A stretch of 64,000 nt of DNA from a virus. Positions 46,078-56,083 of the stretch are shown here, piece by piece (positions within the stretch are counted from its first letter, which is position 1; the number at the start of each line of letters is the position of its first letter). The stretch spans positions 1 through 64,000 of IMG/VR virus record IMGVR_UViG_3300009551_000007. One strand, 5' to 3'. A program made the position numbers and the translations under genes. Under the pieces are notes generated by a model that saw nothing but the letters and a program-made list of their open reading frames with translations, ran no database searches and was not told where the DNA came from.

Positions 46078-48504
46078 CTATTCGGCACTCTCGTCGGCCG
46101 CGATACCCGATTCCGTGAGCGATTCGGCTTCGGCAATCGCTTCGAGTTCGGCGAGCGCTTCCGGCGATGCCTCGGCGGTCGCGAACGGGTTCGTCGATTC
46201 GATGTCGGTCGGGATCTCGTTATTCACGACGACCGACCACAGTCGGCGAAGGAGTGAGGTTAGCCGCCATTTCGGCTTCGAGCGGACGCCCGGCGCGAGT
46301 ATCGCCGTGAAGGTTTCGACGACACCGATCTTCCGCATGAATCTCAGTAGGTCGTTCGCCTTGTTCGTCGTCTCGTGAGTGAACATGGCGAGGTTGCGCG
46401 GCTCGATGCCTGTCTCACCGGAATCCATCATCGCCCTCGCCATGTCGAACGTGATCCCGCACGACGTGTCGATAGCCACCGACCGAACGAGATCCATAAC
46501 CTCGGTATCGACCTCCCGCTTATTGAGGACGGCAGCGAGACATATCGCGAGTCGCCCCAGCTGTTCGGTGAGGCGGGGCGAGAACTCCCGCACAACGATC
46601 TCCTCTTGCTTTAGGCTGGGGCGGGCGCGGAGGAAGGCCACGAATAGGGCCATATCCATGATGTCTTCCTCGCACTGCTCAGACATGATCACGGCTTCTT
46701 GTAGCCCCGTCGCGTTCTCGCGAAGGTACTCGACGTACCCACCGCATAGAGCCATAGCGCGGGTGAGCTGCGGGTCGTGTCGCGTCTCCGGCTTACCATT
46801 GGCTTCCATGCCCCGGTTCCGAATGAGCCGTTTCATGACCATGCGCTGGACCTCCCGCTCGAAGTCCTCATCCATCTTGTCCATAATCGAGCAGGTCAGG
46901 AACCGCTCGCCGAGTTCCGACGTGTCGAGCAGTCGCAGCGAACTGGTGCCGCATAAAATCCAAGTCATATTGATTGAGCCGTAGTCGCGACCGCTACCGG
47001 TCTTGAAGTGGGTCCGTGCGGTGCGGTCGTAGATGTCCCGCGCCTCCGAGAGAATCTTGCCCAGATTGTCGGACTGGAGGAGCGTGTCGCCGTCCTTCGT
47101 CACCAGTGTCTTATTGAACAGTTTACTGATCAGGCCCAGGTCTTCGGACGGGTTCTCCTTGTCTTTCACGCCGGAAAAGAAGCCGGTCAGGTGGCTCATA
47201 GGCTTCGTGTACTTACTCGCCACGCAAACGGCCTCGCAGAACGTCGTCTTCCCTGTTGACGGCGGGCTAATGAACCGCATCCATAACTGTGAGCCGACGC
47301 CGGTCGTGGAGATGATCGTCGACAGCATACACGCCAAACCCTTGCGCATACCGGGGTTCCATTTCAGCGCCTTGCGGAACTCCTTTTCGAGCTGGGAGAA
47401 GGTGTTACAAGGAAGGCACTGGAGTTCGCTACCGCCCGTAGCCTTGGCGGTCGCGGTCCGGCCGGGCATCCAATCTTCCGGGAACGGGAGGACGTTGGCC
47501 ATCAGTCCGCCGAGCGCCTTCACGCGGTCGGATATGTTATTCACACAGTTGAAGTAGTCACTCACGTCGAACCCGTCGGCGTAGTTCGGCGTCCAGCCGC
47601 CCTCACCCCAAGTCATCACGTTGATAGTGGAGGGCTTATTCTCCCCAGAGAGCAGCGTCTGCGTCGCCCGGTTCATGCCCGCCCAACCGTTCGGCGGCTG
47701 CATTACGCCCGACTCGTGCTGGACGGGATAGTCATTATCGTACATCATCCAAACGTGCTTGTCGGCGCAGTAGTCGCGGTACATGTCTGGGAAGACACTC
47801 GCGCCCGGTGCCGCAACCACGTTAGTGAAGTTGAATAGCGACCCCATTTCGTTCGACGTGAGTGCGTAGTAGCTCTCCTGTTCGGGCCGGGCACGCTTCA
47901 CCACTTCATAGAACATGATCCCGTCCCAGGGGCCTTCCAGAATCGCTAGGTTAGGCTTGCCCGGTTCGTACAGGGTCATCGGGGTATGAATGCCGTGGTT
48001 TAGGCCCGGCATCGAGTACCACCGCCACCGGTTCTTTTGCGGTTCATGACAGTAGCGGTAGAGGTTATTCATGCTCCCCTTCTCGTTGTACGAGGGGATG
48101 AGCCATTCGCCGGTAAGCACTGACCGAACCACGCCCCATTCGATTGCCGATTCGGGATACAAGAAGCCGCGTTCGGCAGCCAGCCCGTCGTAATCGGCAC
48201 CGGCCTTCATGCACAGTTCGTGGTATTCCTTGATGAAGTTGTAGACGTTCCCTTTCCGCCCGCAACTCTTACAGTCCCATTGGCCGTCGGCTACCCCGAC
48301 GTAGAACTTACCGACCTTTCCGCACAGCGGGCATTCGCCGACGGCTTGATCACGGTCCTCGCGCGCCTCAATGTCGACGCCGTGAAACACGTAAGGCTTC
48401 AGCCATTTCGGCGCGTCGGCAATCGAACTCATGTCATCTCCTATGAATAAGACCTGGCCCCGTGAAGGGCTAGGTGTGTAGTGTAACGGAAACTTCGGCA
48501 TCAA
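46078..48504 (-). CDS. Primase-helicase (Zn finger + TOPRIM-like + P-loop ATPase)
   Basis: CPLC...CKSC, ILEGPWDG, YDND, GFDVSD, SPPSTGKTT. Confidence 0.8.
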   Translation of the reverse strand: MMPKFPLHYTPSPSRGQVLFIGDDMSSIADAPKWLKPYVFHGVDIEAREDRDQAVGECPLCGKVGKFYVGVADGQWDCKSCGRKGNVYNFIKEYHELCMKAGADYDGLAAERGFLYPESAIEWGVVRSVLTGEWLIPSYNEKGSMNNLYRYCHEPQKNRWRWYSMPGLNHGIHTPMTLYEPGKPNLAILEGPWDGIMFYEVVKRARPEQESYYALTSNEMGSLFNFTNVVAAPGASVFPDMYRDYCADKHVWMMYDNDYPVQHESGVMQPPNGWAGMNRATQTLLSGENKPSTINVMTWGEGGWTPNYADGFDVSDYFNCVNNISDRVKALGGLMANVLPFPEDWMPGRTATAKATGGSELQCLPCNTFSQLEKEFRKALKWNPGMRKGLACMLSTIISTTGVGSQLWMRFISPPSTGKTTFCEAVCVASKYTKPMSHLTGFFSGVKDKENPSEDLGLISKLFNKTLVTKDGDTLLQSDNLGKILSEARDIYDRTARTHFKTGSGRDYGSINMTWILCGTSSLRLLDTSELGERFLTCSIMDKMDEDFEREVQRMVMKRLIRNRGMEANGKPETRHDPQLTRAMALCGGYVEYLRENATGLQEAVIMSEQCEEDIMDMALFVAFLRARPSLKQEEIVVREFSPRLTEQLGRLAICLAAVLNKREVDTEVMDLVRSVAIDTSCGITFDMARAMMDSGETGIEPRNLAMFTHETTNKANDLLRFMRKIGVVETFTAILAPGVRSKPKWRLTSLLRRLWSVVVNNEIPTDIESTNPFATAEASPEALAELEAIAEAESLTESGIAADESAE

Positions 48505-49580
48505 GCTCGCGGCGTACTCGGATTGTGCTTGGCGGAGTCGGCGACCTTACCCATGTCGGTCTCAGGAATATCGGCAACCGTGTAGTATTCACCCTCGACT
48601 ATGGGTGCCGTCATACAGATACCGTGAGACCTCAGTGCGTCATTTAGACTACATTCCCCGCACCACATTACCGGTCTGATCTTGCTCAGCTCGCCTCGGT
48701 TCCAAGTTAGCACTTTCGTCGCCGCCTTATCGCAGTACTGACAAGCCGGCACGAGCGGAACGACGTTATTCAGTTCCTTCAGATTCGGCAACGCCTCATC
48801 CATCTGCGCCGCCGGAACGTGAGTCAGCGTGGTATGCCCTTCTCGGTTCCCGTAGAACTTGGCGAACGCTCGGTTACCGACTGCCTGACGTTCGGCTTCG
48901 CGGTCGCGGTTCTCGTCGGCGGCTGCCTTCTCGGTGAATTTGTCTGGGAACCTCGCACGGAGCTTAGCAATGTTGGAACGCATCACGTCTTCGAGGGAGA
49001 AGCCGAGTGCGTTACAGGCGAGTGCGACGTACCACATCATATCGCCGAGTTCCTCCTTAGCGTTGGTAGTGTCGAGTGGCTTCCCGTACCAAATGTTCTT
49101 CTGGAGGAGACTACAGAACTCGCCGGCTTCCCCACTCATGCCGATGGCCGCGTGGAGTGCGCGGGTTTGTAGCACCGCGTCACTGCTATTGGGGACGTCG
49201 TTGATGTTGTCGAAGGACACGAAGCCGCCGAACGAGTGGGCAATGCGCTTCAGGGCTTTGATCTGCGGCGCTTCGGTGCGACTGGCGAGTTCCTGATACA
49301 CGTCGGGGAGCATTGGTTCGACGGGCGGCATTGGTGCCTTGGTTGGTACGTCCGCGAACGGTTCGCGACCGCCGTGGAGGGCGGTGTTCGGCTTCGGCTG
49401 ACTCATTTTCTTCTCCAGGTCTAGGGCTAACTGGTGAGGACACGGGCCGTGAACGCTACGGAGCGTGTCGCACCGGGGACAAAGATCGTTAACAGAATAA
49501 CCTAAGGGGCTATGCGGGCAGATTGTCCAGCGGCTCGCGTCGTCGTACACGCGGCCGCACTTGTCACATTTTACGTACAC
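48501..49580 (-). CDS. MazG-like nucleotide pyrophosphohydrolase with flanking Cys motifs
   Basis: GMSGEAGE...KEELGDMMWY...NIAKLRARFP. Confidence 0.85.
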   Translation of the reverse strand: MYVKCDKCGRVYDDASRWTICPHSPLGYSVNDLCPRCDTLRSVHGPCPHQLALDLEKKMSQPKPNTALHGGREPFADVPTKAPMPPVEPMLPDVYQELASRTEAPQIKALKRIAHSFGGFVSFDNINDVPNSSDAVLQTRALHAAIGMSGEAGEFCSLLQKNIWYGKPLDTTNAKEELGDMMWYVALACNALGFSLEDVMRSNIAKLRARFPDKFTEKAAADENRDREAERQAVGNRAFAKFYGNREGHTTLTHVPAAQMDEALPNLKELNNVVPLVPACQYCDKAATKVLTWNRGELSKIRPVMWCGECSLNDALRSHGICMTAPIVEGEYYTVADIPETDMGKVADSAKHNPSTPRA

Positions 49581-49625
49581 TTCATTCTCCGAACAGGAAA
49601 CTTCGGACGATAATGATTACCCATT

Positions 49626-50105
49626 TCATTCCAGATGCCTCCAATTTCTACCGTTTATCACGTGAGATATTGCTGACTGACTCACTTTAAAGTAGTCAGC
49701 AATCTTATGCTGGCTCCATCCTAATTTGCGCAGGACCACTATCGACCTAACTTGCTGTTCAGTCATTTTAGCTCGTCCGTGCTTAACCCCGAAACTATGT
49801 CGCTTCTTAGACACCTTGTCGTCGGAATTATCTTTGGCAGTTCCAAGGAACAAGTGTCGAGGGTTTACGCACTTAGGTACGTCACAAGAATGAAGGACGT
49901 TTAGTCCCTCCGGTATCGGTCCAAATGCTAAGCACCAACTAACTCTATGGGATAGACACTCTCCATTTAGTTCGTTACCGACGTTGTCTATTAAGCCGTA
50001 TTGGCCAGCCTTCTTTCGAGCAACGTATAACCAGCATTCGTTCGGCCCGCGTTTATTAACTTTGGGCCAGAATCGTTCGACTATTGATCTCCTGGGTCTA
50101 CTCAT
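49626..50105 (-). CDS. HNH homing endonuclease with C-terminal HTH
   Basis: ERFWPKV..ECW, SHRVSW, VLHSCDVPKCVNPRHL, N..D; visibly AT-richer than neighbours. Confidence 0.9.
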   Translation of the reverse strand: MSRPRRSIVERFWPKVNKRGPNECWLYVARKKAGQYGLIDNVGNELNGECLSHRVSWCLAFGPIPEGLNVLHSCDVPKCVNPRHLFLGTAKDNSDDKVSKKRHSFGVKHGRAKMTEQQVRSIVVLRKLGWSQHKIADYFKVSQSAISHVINGRNWRHLE

Positions 50106-50813
50106 TCAATAACGTCTAACCTCCCACCATATGGTATTGAAGCCGGGAACCGTGCCCCATTCACATTCGTAGGTGGAGAACTCGACCACGTGACCGGGAT
50201 AGCGGTCTAGTAGTATCTCCAACCAATCGAGACTGTTCGGGCACATGTGCTGCTTGAGTATCAGCCGTGCCCTGGTTCCTTCCGCGTGCATTCGCGACTG
50301 GTAATCCCTCCGGGCGTATTCGGCGTTGAAGCCGTCGCGCATCGTCATCCGTTCGCGGTTGAACATTAGGTACAGACCGGCACTGTTCATTCCGGCATGG
50401 GTCGGCTCGGTCGCCGGGTCGAGTAGCACGATTTCGCCTTGGAGTACCTTGCGGTGTTCCGGGGCCATCGCCGAGCAGTACCACACGTCGGGGTTCGGTG
50501 CGGTCGACCATAGATTCACGATCTGCCACGCCGACATGTTGTAATGGGTTGCGCCCGCAGCGACCTTGTTACGCAAGTGGAACTTCTGATCATAGCCGAG
50601 TTTCTCAGCCCAGTCGTAGGCGTGCTGGAAGTCGTACAGGGTCTTCCAGGTCGGCGAAGCGTTGCCGAACTCTCCCGCCGCGTACCGCCGCGCGAAGTCG
50701 ACCTTGGTTAGCACGGGCGGCGGGTGCTCGATTTCGCGGAACCTTATCCAGTGCAGGTTCACCCATTCATTCACGTCCACTATTTCGCCCTCCGTTTCAA
50801 CCATTCGGTACAA
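50106..50813 (-). CDS. Hypothetical protein in the DNA-modification cluster
   Basis: 235 aa, overlaps the thymidylate synthase-like stop. Confidence 0.7.
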   Translation of the reverse strand: MYRMVETEGEIVDVNEWVNLHWIRFREIEHPPPVLTKVDFARRYAAGEFGNASPTWKTLYDFQHAYDWAEKLGYDQKFHLRNKVAAGATHYNMSAWQIVNLWSTAPNPDVWYCSAMAPEHRKVLQGEIVLLDPATEPTHAGMNSAGLYLMFNRERMTMRDGFNAEYARRDYQSRMHAEGTRARLILKQHMCPNSLDWLEILLDRYPGHVVEFSTYECEWGTVPGFNTIWWEVRRY

Positions 50814-52132
50814 GCCAACCGCCAGTCGTCGGCCATTATGGTCGTGGCGACCTCTAAGGCATGATCCATGCTCTCCCGCCCGTCAATACCGGCGGAGTCC
50901 TTGGCTTTAGACCTCTTATATGCCTTGAACGCACTGAACGTTGGAGATGCTACGTTACGCAGGAACGGCTCGCTTATGTCGCCCAGGTTTAGTGAACGGT
51001 CGGAATCCCCACCGTCGTAGAAGTCAACTATCGTCCGTAGTTGATCCTCGAACACCTCTACATTCTTGATGAGTGGCACAGTCTTGGAGATCATACAGCC
51101 TGGGGCATCAGTGTGGAGAGAATACCCGTCAGCGAAATTTTTGGCATTGAGCCATTCCTCCGGCTTCCAGTTCCAGTCGTAGACGTGGAGGTTGTTGGTG
51201 AAGTGGTGGTACTTACCAACTTCGGCACCTAGTCTCGCGGCCATGTACTCCTGGAGGAAGGTAAAGTGACAATAGTTGGCTCCTAGTAGTCCCCAGATCA
51301 GATCGTTGCTGCGGTTAGTCACCGTCATGTCGAGATAGGTCTTAGTCCCCCGTACCGGCATCGCCATGTGATGCTCAGCCTCTCTATTGATATACTCCTC
51401 TTGGCGGATGCTAAACATCACCGACAGGTTGCAGCATGTATCGCGAGACCCTTTGTCTTTATGTGTACCGTCACATTCAGGACAGTGACCACTTTGGTTA
51501 GGGTCTCCGTTAAATTTATCACCGGCTCCGTTACAGTACCTACAAACCCCTCCCCCAATCTTCAACAGGTCGTCCTCCACATTCCACATCTGGAGCACGG
51601 CCCGGCGGGAATTGGGGTCTGCCTTGAGATGGTTGACAAGAATGTCCAGTTGATCAATCCCTCCATGTTGTTTGTGCCAAGCTAATTTCACGCTCGGACA
51701 TTCTTCAAATCCCTTAATACTGGTCATAGCAGTCCGCCACCGATACCCGTAAGCCCCATTAGTGGTCACCCCGTCGTCGCTGAATTCCTTCATCTTCTTC
51801 GCGTAGTACGCGAGCGGGGTTACGTCGTTCCGACCCGCGAGCATCCATAAGGCTTCGTAGAGGTGGAAGAATGGGTTAGCGTCGCGTGCGGCGTTGAATA
51901 GTACCCGTTCCCGTGGGTGCGAGTAGGTGAGCGTGACCGGTTCGTCGATCATCATCACGTTGCCGTTGCGGGACGGTTTCTTGACGACCAGTTCTCTCTC
52001 TACGTAGTCAGTGTGTAGTGGGTTCCCATCGTCGTCGTAGCTGGTCCTGGCCTCGCGGACCTTGCCGCCGTTCTTAAATAGTTTCACCAAGTCGCGGAAG
52101 GCGGTGTTTACGTTTCGAGTGCGTAGGTGCAT
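50780..52132 (-). CDS. Thymidylate synthase-family enzyme, probable dUMP hydroxymethyltransferase
   Basis: NPFFHLYEALWML.GR, GAYGYRWR, SRRAVLQMW, DTCCN, NRSNDLIWG..GAN, NLHVY. Confidence 0.88.
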   Translation of the reverse strand: MHLRTRNVNTAFRDLVKLFKNGGKVREARTSYDDDGNPLHTDYVERELVVKKPSRNGNVMMIDEPVTLTYSHPRERVLFNAARDANPFFHLYEALWMLAGRNDVTPLAYYAKKMKEFSDDGVTTNGAYGYRWRTAMTSIKGFEECPSVKLAWHKQHGGIDQLDILVNHLKADPNSRRAVLQMWNVEDDLLKIGGGVCRYCNGAGDKFNGDPNQSGHCPECDGTHKDKGSRDTCCNLSVMFSIRQEEYINREAEHHMAMPVRGTKTYLDMTVTNRSNDLIWGLLGANYCHFTFLQEYMAARLGAEVGKYHHFTNNLHVYDWNWKPEEWLNAKNFADGYSLHTDAPGCMISKTVPLIKNVEVFEDQLRTIVDFYDGGDSDRSLNLGDISEPFLRNVASPTFSAFKAYKRSKAKDSAGIDGRESMDHALEVATTIMADDWRLACTEWLKRRAK

Positions 52133-52168
52133 GATCAGCTCCTTGAAAGACGGGCGACTAGGGGTAGG

Positions 52169-52783
52169 TTACGCGATACCGGCTTCACGGTTCGCTTGGT
52201 TGAAAAGTTCGGTCGCGTAACTCATGAATTCGAGCACGAGGCGCGACTCGATGCCCAGCTGCATCATAGGCGGGAAGTCCACGTTCACTTCGCGGACGAT
52301 CTCCATTGCTTTGTTGATTATGGACTGGGAACCGCCGATAATGTTCTCGACGGTCCGGGCGTGGACGGTTTCCTTTAACCCGTAGAACTGGGCTGCAGCG
52401 TACTGCTCGATTTTGTCGAACAATTCGACCCGTTCCCAGTCCTCCACCGACGGAACCCGTCCGGCTAACTGAAGCCAGAACCGCTCGCGGACCGGCTTCT
52501 CAGCCGCACGCTGGCCGACACATTTTACTGGGCCGGGCACGTCGCCGAACACTGTTACTTCCACCTCATGTAGGAGTGTAAATAACGCCACTTCGGCTCG
52601 TGCGTCGAAGTACCGGGCGAGCCGAGCGGCCCCGACACAGTGATGTGCGACCGATTGGAACAGTCGGGTATGGCCGGCATACATTGGCGTCCGACAGTGG
52701 TTGAGTGCTATGTCGTGCATTGTAGCTACGCCGTCGTCGGGTTCGATGCGGGCACCAGAGAAGAGGACGATGTAGGGTTTCAT
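52169..52783 (-). CDS. HD-superfamily (YfbR-like) nucleotide phosphohydrolase, variant
   Basis: DIA...YAGHT...SVAHH...LLHE...GDVPGPVK (HE in place of HD). Confidence 0.7.
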   Translation of the reverse strand: MKPYIVLFSGARIEPDDGVATMHDIALNHCRTPMYAGHTRLFQSVAHHCVGAARLARYFDARAEVALFTLLHEVEVTVFGDVPGPVKCVGQRAAEKPVRERFWLQLAGRVPSVEDWERVELFDKIEQYAAAQFYGLKETVHARTVENIIGGSQSIINKAMEIVREVNVDFPPMMQLGIESRLVLEFMSYATELFNQANREAGIA

Positions 52784-52811
52784 TTTAGCTCCTTGAGGCG
52801 GGCGAACGTGG

Positions 52812-53378
52812 TTAGGCGGGCGAAGACGTTAGTGATCTGAGACTCTCCCGCACGTATGCGACAGGGTCGGTCATGGCGTGCCGGTTATCGTTGCGACGAT
52901 GAGGGAATAGTACTGCCTTTCCCCCGGTCGCGCGGCCCTTCTCGTCGGCGACGAACCGGTTACAGTTAGGCGGGCTGTCGTCGATCAAGACGGCACCGGG
53001 CTTCGCGACCTTGTACTTGTGCGGGGTAATGAGGAACCGGTCGAACCGCGGGCCGAAGAACTGTTTCATCCACCGGACCTTGCCAGTATAGGACGCCTGA
53101 CAGTGGCCCGCGTCCGTCAGAGTTTCGAGGGGGCAAGTAACGATGTGGAACGCCGAATCGTACCGCTGGACGAGGGCGATCAGTTCATCGGCCCACTCGA
53201 AGGGCTTGAGGCCCGTCCAGAAGTCGGCGTCTCCCACGATTGGCCGAATGAACTTCTCACCGGTCCACACCGAGTCGCCGTAGACGCGGATCATTTCCAG
53301 GTGAGTGAGGCCGTGTGCCCGACACGCGCCGCCGAGAAAATCGACCAGCACCTCGTCGAGGTCGAGAAAAATTTCCAC
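52812..53378 (-). CDS. 5'(3')-deoxyribonucleotidase (HAD, NT5C-like)
   Basis: FLDLDEVLVDF, FW..L, GK..W, LIDD; GGAGG SD before GTG. Confidence 0.85.
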   Translation of the reverse strand: MEIFLDLDEVLVDFLGGACRAHGLTHLEMIRVYGDSVWTGEKFIRPIVGDADFWTGLKPFEWADELIALVQRYDSAFHIVTCPLETLTDAGHCQASYTGKVRWMKQFFGPRFDRFLITPHKYKVAKPGAVLIDDSPPNCNRFVADEKGRATGGKAVLFPHRRNDNRHAMTDPVAYVRESLRSLTSSPA

Positions 53379-53440
53379 ACTAAGTCCTCCATAAAATCCA
53401 AGGGTCGGAAACAATTTGAGAGAAAACAGCCGGTACGCTA

Positions 53441-53471
53441 TTGACGTTGCGGGCCGACCGGCTATTATAAC
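53441..53471 (+). promoter_or_regulatory. Sigma70-like promoter for the lone + strand gene
   Basis: TTGACG 53441-53446 followed by TATTATAAC 53463-53471. Confidence 0.6.
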
Positions 53472-53545
53472 GGTGTAGGGCGAAGTGGGGGTTCAGCCGA
53501 AGACTGTCTGACGCGACCCTCGCTGACCTATAAAGGAGCTTTAAG

Positions 53546-54010
53546 ATGACCATTGCTAACACCACGACCACGACCACCCCGAAGACCGCCGGTAAGTCGA
53601 AGACCGCGAACCCGAAGCCGGCGAAGGGCGCGAAGCCGGTAGCCGCGAAGAAGGCCGACCCGAAGCCGAAAGCGCCGGCACTCAAGGAACTCAATAGTGG
53701 CCTCCGGACGCCGCAAGTGCGAGTGCTCCAAGCCCTCTCGAAGGGCAACGTAATGAGCCGGTCGCAAATCAGCGAAGCCGGTAAGGTGGACCAGGCGGCT
53801 CTCGTCGAGTACATCGGTAGCTCCGACGACAACGTGCGAAAGGTCAACGACGAAAAGCACTTCAAGAGCCTGGTGACCCTCAAGTACGTGAAGTTCGCCA
53901 AGCCGCCGGAAGCAGACGCCGTCGGAGCGTACTACGAAATCACAGCCGCAGGTCGACAGATCGTCACCAAGATTCTCGCCGCCTACAAAGCCGCCGGTAA
54001 GACGGTCTGA
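53546..54010 (+). CDS. Lys/Ala/Pro-rich winged-helix DNA-binding protein
   Basis: Histone H1-like N-terminal tail, LRTPQVRVLQAL...MSRSQISE...YEITAAGR; AAGGAG SD. Confidence 0.75.
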   Translation: MTIANTTTTTTPKTAGKSKTANPKPAKGAKPVAAKKADPKPKAPALKELNSGLRTPQVRVLQALSKGNVMSRSQISEAGKVDQAALVEYIGSSDDNVRKVNDEKHFKSLVTLKYVKFAKPPEADAVGAYYEITAAGRQIVTKILAAYKAAGKTV

Positions 54011-54036
54011 CCCGCTACCCGATTCGCCCAATCTTC

Positions 54037-54072
54037 AAACACCCCAGCATTAGCCGGGGTGTTTCGCTTTTA
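54037..54072. terminator. Intrinsic terminator between convergent genes
   Basis: AAACACCCC...GGGGTGTTT stem followed by CGCTTTT. Confidence 0.7.
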
Positions 54073-54900
54073 CCCCACATTCCACATTAGCATTTCGCCG
54101 GCGTACTCGCTACGGTGATTTATCAACCAGCGGAACGCCTTCAGGTCGTAATACTTGTTCGACGGCCACGCCGGGTCTCGCCCCGGCCTCGACTCGTCGC
54201 CGTAAGAGTACCCTTCGTCAATAATCGTCAAGTCGTCGTCCATTGAGTACCCGGACGAATCCGCCAGGTACTGGAGCAGTTCCTCGTGACTCCGCGAATA
54301 GCCCAAGTGGATAATGAACTTGGGTGGTGACCGTCCGATATCGTTGGCACGGTCGACGAACCCGCGAATCACCCCGGCGGCGATTGTACCCGACGACGCC
54401 GGCACTATCACGTAATCGGCGTAGGGGCAGCCGGTCACTTCCTTCGCGGTCTCGTCGACCGATTCGCTCAGCTTTAGGGCGTTGGGGATCATTACGCCGC
54501 CGCGCCCCAGCACGTCCTTCTTCGCCTGATGATAGAGCACGGCACTCATGCCGGCTTTTAGTGCGACGATTTCCGCGCCCAGTTCCGCCGATTTGAGCTG
54601 TGCCGGAAACGGTCCCTTCTCCTTCACGCGACTCGGATAGTAGTTCACGCATTTCTTACCGAGGAGCGAACAAGCGCGTGCGACCGCGTGGCCAGCTTGA
54701 GAGTGGTACGTGTCGAGGACGCCGATCACTTCCGCCTCCTGTTTCGCTACCCAAGCGTAGACGCCGCGCGCCTTGGAGAACGGTGGGCCTGGTGGGGGAC
54801 ACGCTAAGTCTTCGCGCTTCACCCAAAGCCCGAACGCCTCTCGGTGGTCCTCCACGGGCGTGTTACGATTGAGCATTCCGCGAGCCGTCCGAACCATCAT
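54070..54900 (-). CDS. PLP-dependent enzyme (fold type II), DNA hypermodification decarboxylase candidate
   Basis: LWVKREDL...FSKARG, VPASSGTIAAG, YYDLKA, WNVG. Confidence 0.85.
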   Translation of the reverse strand: MMVRTARGMLNRNTPVEDHREAFGLWVKREDLACPPPGPPFSKARGVYAWVAKQEAEVIGVLDTYHSQAGHAVARACSLLGKKCVNYYPSRVKEKGPFPAQLKSAELGAEIVALKAGMSAVLYHQAKKDVLGRGGVMIPNALKLSESVDETAKEVTGCPYADYVIVPASSGTIAAGVIRGFVDRANDIGRSPPKFIIHLGYSRSHEELLQYLADSSGYSMDDDLTIIDEGYSYGDESRPGRDPAWPSNKYYDLKAFRWLINHRSEYAGEMLMWNVG

Positions 54901-55103
54901 TAGATTTCCTCCGTCGATGCCGGGTAGAAACTATCGCCCTTGTCGTCGAGGACGCTGACGCCGACGACGGCATCGCATTCACATATGTAAAGCGTCATCT
55001 GTCGTCCGTTCGCGGAACACGACTCTTCCTTTGGCGTGTTCAACGAATCGTGGACGTTACTGTAACGGTATGTCTTACCGCAGTAAGGGCATTTCACTTC
55101 CAT
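54900..55103 (-). CDS. Small Zn-ribbon protein
   Basis: MEVKCPYCG...ICEC. Confidence 0.55.
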   Translation of the reverse strand: MEVKCPYCGKTYRYSNVHDSLNTPKEESCSANGRQMTLYICECDAVVGVSVLDDKGDSFYPASTEEI

Positions 55104-56083
55104 AACCCGCCTCGCTTTCCCGCTTTGATTAGTTCTTGTGACAGTGGGCACTTCGCGAACCGTAGGAGGGCGTTCCGCGCCGCTCTCACGTCCTCGCCGA
55201 TTTCGTAATGGCCCTTCGTGTATGAGTGCCATTTACATAATATCGTCTCCACTTCCTGCCCGTTGAGAGGCCTATCGTACCGAGGCGGCGCGAAGCCCGC
55301 TAACCGGCCGCGGAACTCGTCCACCTCTCGGTTGTCGACCTCCACTCTCGACATCTTAGGAATCACGTTTAGCGGTCGCTGGCTATAGACCTTAGTTCGC
55401 GGGCGTTCGTTGCTAGGCGGTGATGCTAAGTGTGTAAGAATGTCGTTAATCGCCCACTCGCCTACCGCGTCGCCGAACCCGTTCGACGGTTCACCGCACA
55501 CACTCCAGTGTAGCCGCGCCCCCTCCTGGGGAGAATCGTACATGACCGTGTGGGTGTCGAACGCGACCCGGCATAAGTCGAGGCGTTCGAGCATGTCCGC
55601 GACCTTGAAGGCGATCCACGGGCCGAACCCCACCCACGTTCTCACGTACCGGATAATGTCTTCGGCGCGGAGGATGCCGAGCGTGCTTTTCGCCGGCCCG
55701 CTATCGAAGTAGGAGAACAGGTTATCGACGCCTTGCGACCGGAGCCATTTCACCGACGCCTCCGCGTTCCGGCCGCGGAAGTGACGGCGTTCGGCGGAAC
55801 GGGGGAAGTCGGCATTGCCCTTCGATAGAGCCGCCGTCATCATCCGGTCGAAGAACGCCGATTCGACGTCATGAGGGTACGCCAGCGCCGACGCCGTACC
55901 CACGTGGTAAAAGCACCAGTAGGCGAGGAGCCACCGCTTGAGCTTGAACCTGTGATGACTGTCGCGTAAGGCGTCGGCTTTGATTGCCTCCCACGCCAAC
56001 ACGTAGATCGGGTCCAGGTCGTTCAGTCGGAGCAGTTCGCGGCCGAAGGCGTAGACCGTCATGCCGCCGGTCTCGGTACTCAC
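55094..56083 (-). CDS. Amino acid:DNA transferase (aGPT-pyrophosphorylase clade 2-like)
   Basis: DLDPIY, WLLAYWCFYHVG, ERRHFRG, GFGPWIAFKVADMLER, QEVETILCKW.S...GHY. Confidence 0.85.
   Translation of the reverse strand: MSTETGGMTVYAFGRELLRLNDLDPIYVLAWEAIKADALRDSHHRFKLKRWLLAYWCFYHVGTASALAYPHDVESAFFDRMMTAALSKGNADFPRSAERRHFRGRNAEASVKWLRSQGVDNLFSYFDSGPAKSTLGILRAEDIIRYVRTWVGFGPWIAFKVADMLERLDLCRVAFDTHTVMYDSPQEGARLHWSVCGEPSNGFGDAVGEWAINDILTHLASPPSNERPRTKVYSQRPLNVIPKMSRVEVDNREVDEFRGRLAGFAPPRYDRPLNGQEVETILCKWHSYTKGHYEIGEDVRAARNALLRFAKCPLSQELIKAGKRGGLWK

Noticed and set aside
49626-50105. HNH gene as part of a group I intron
   Set aside because: Both flanking genes appear complete; it looks like a free-standing homing endonuclease, common in phages
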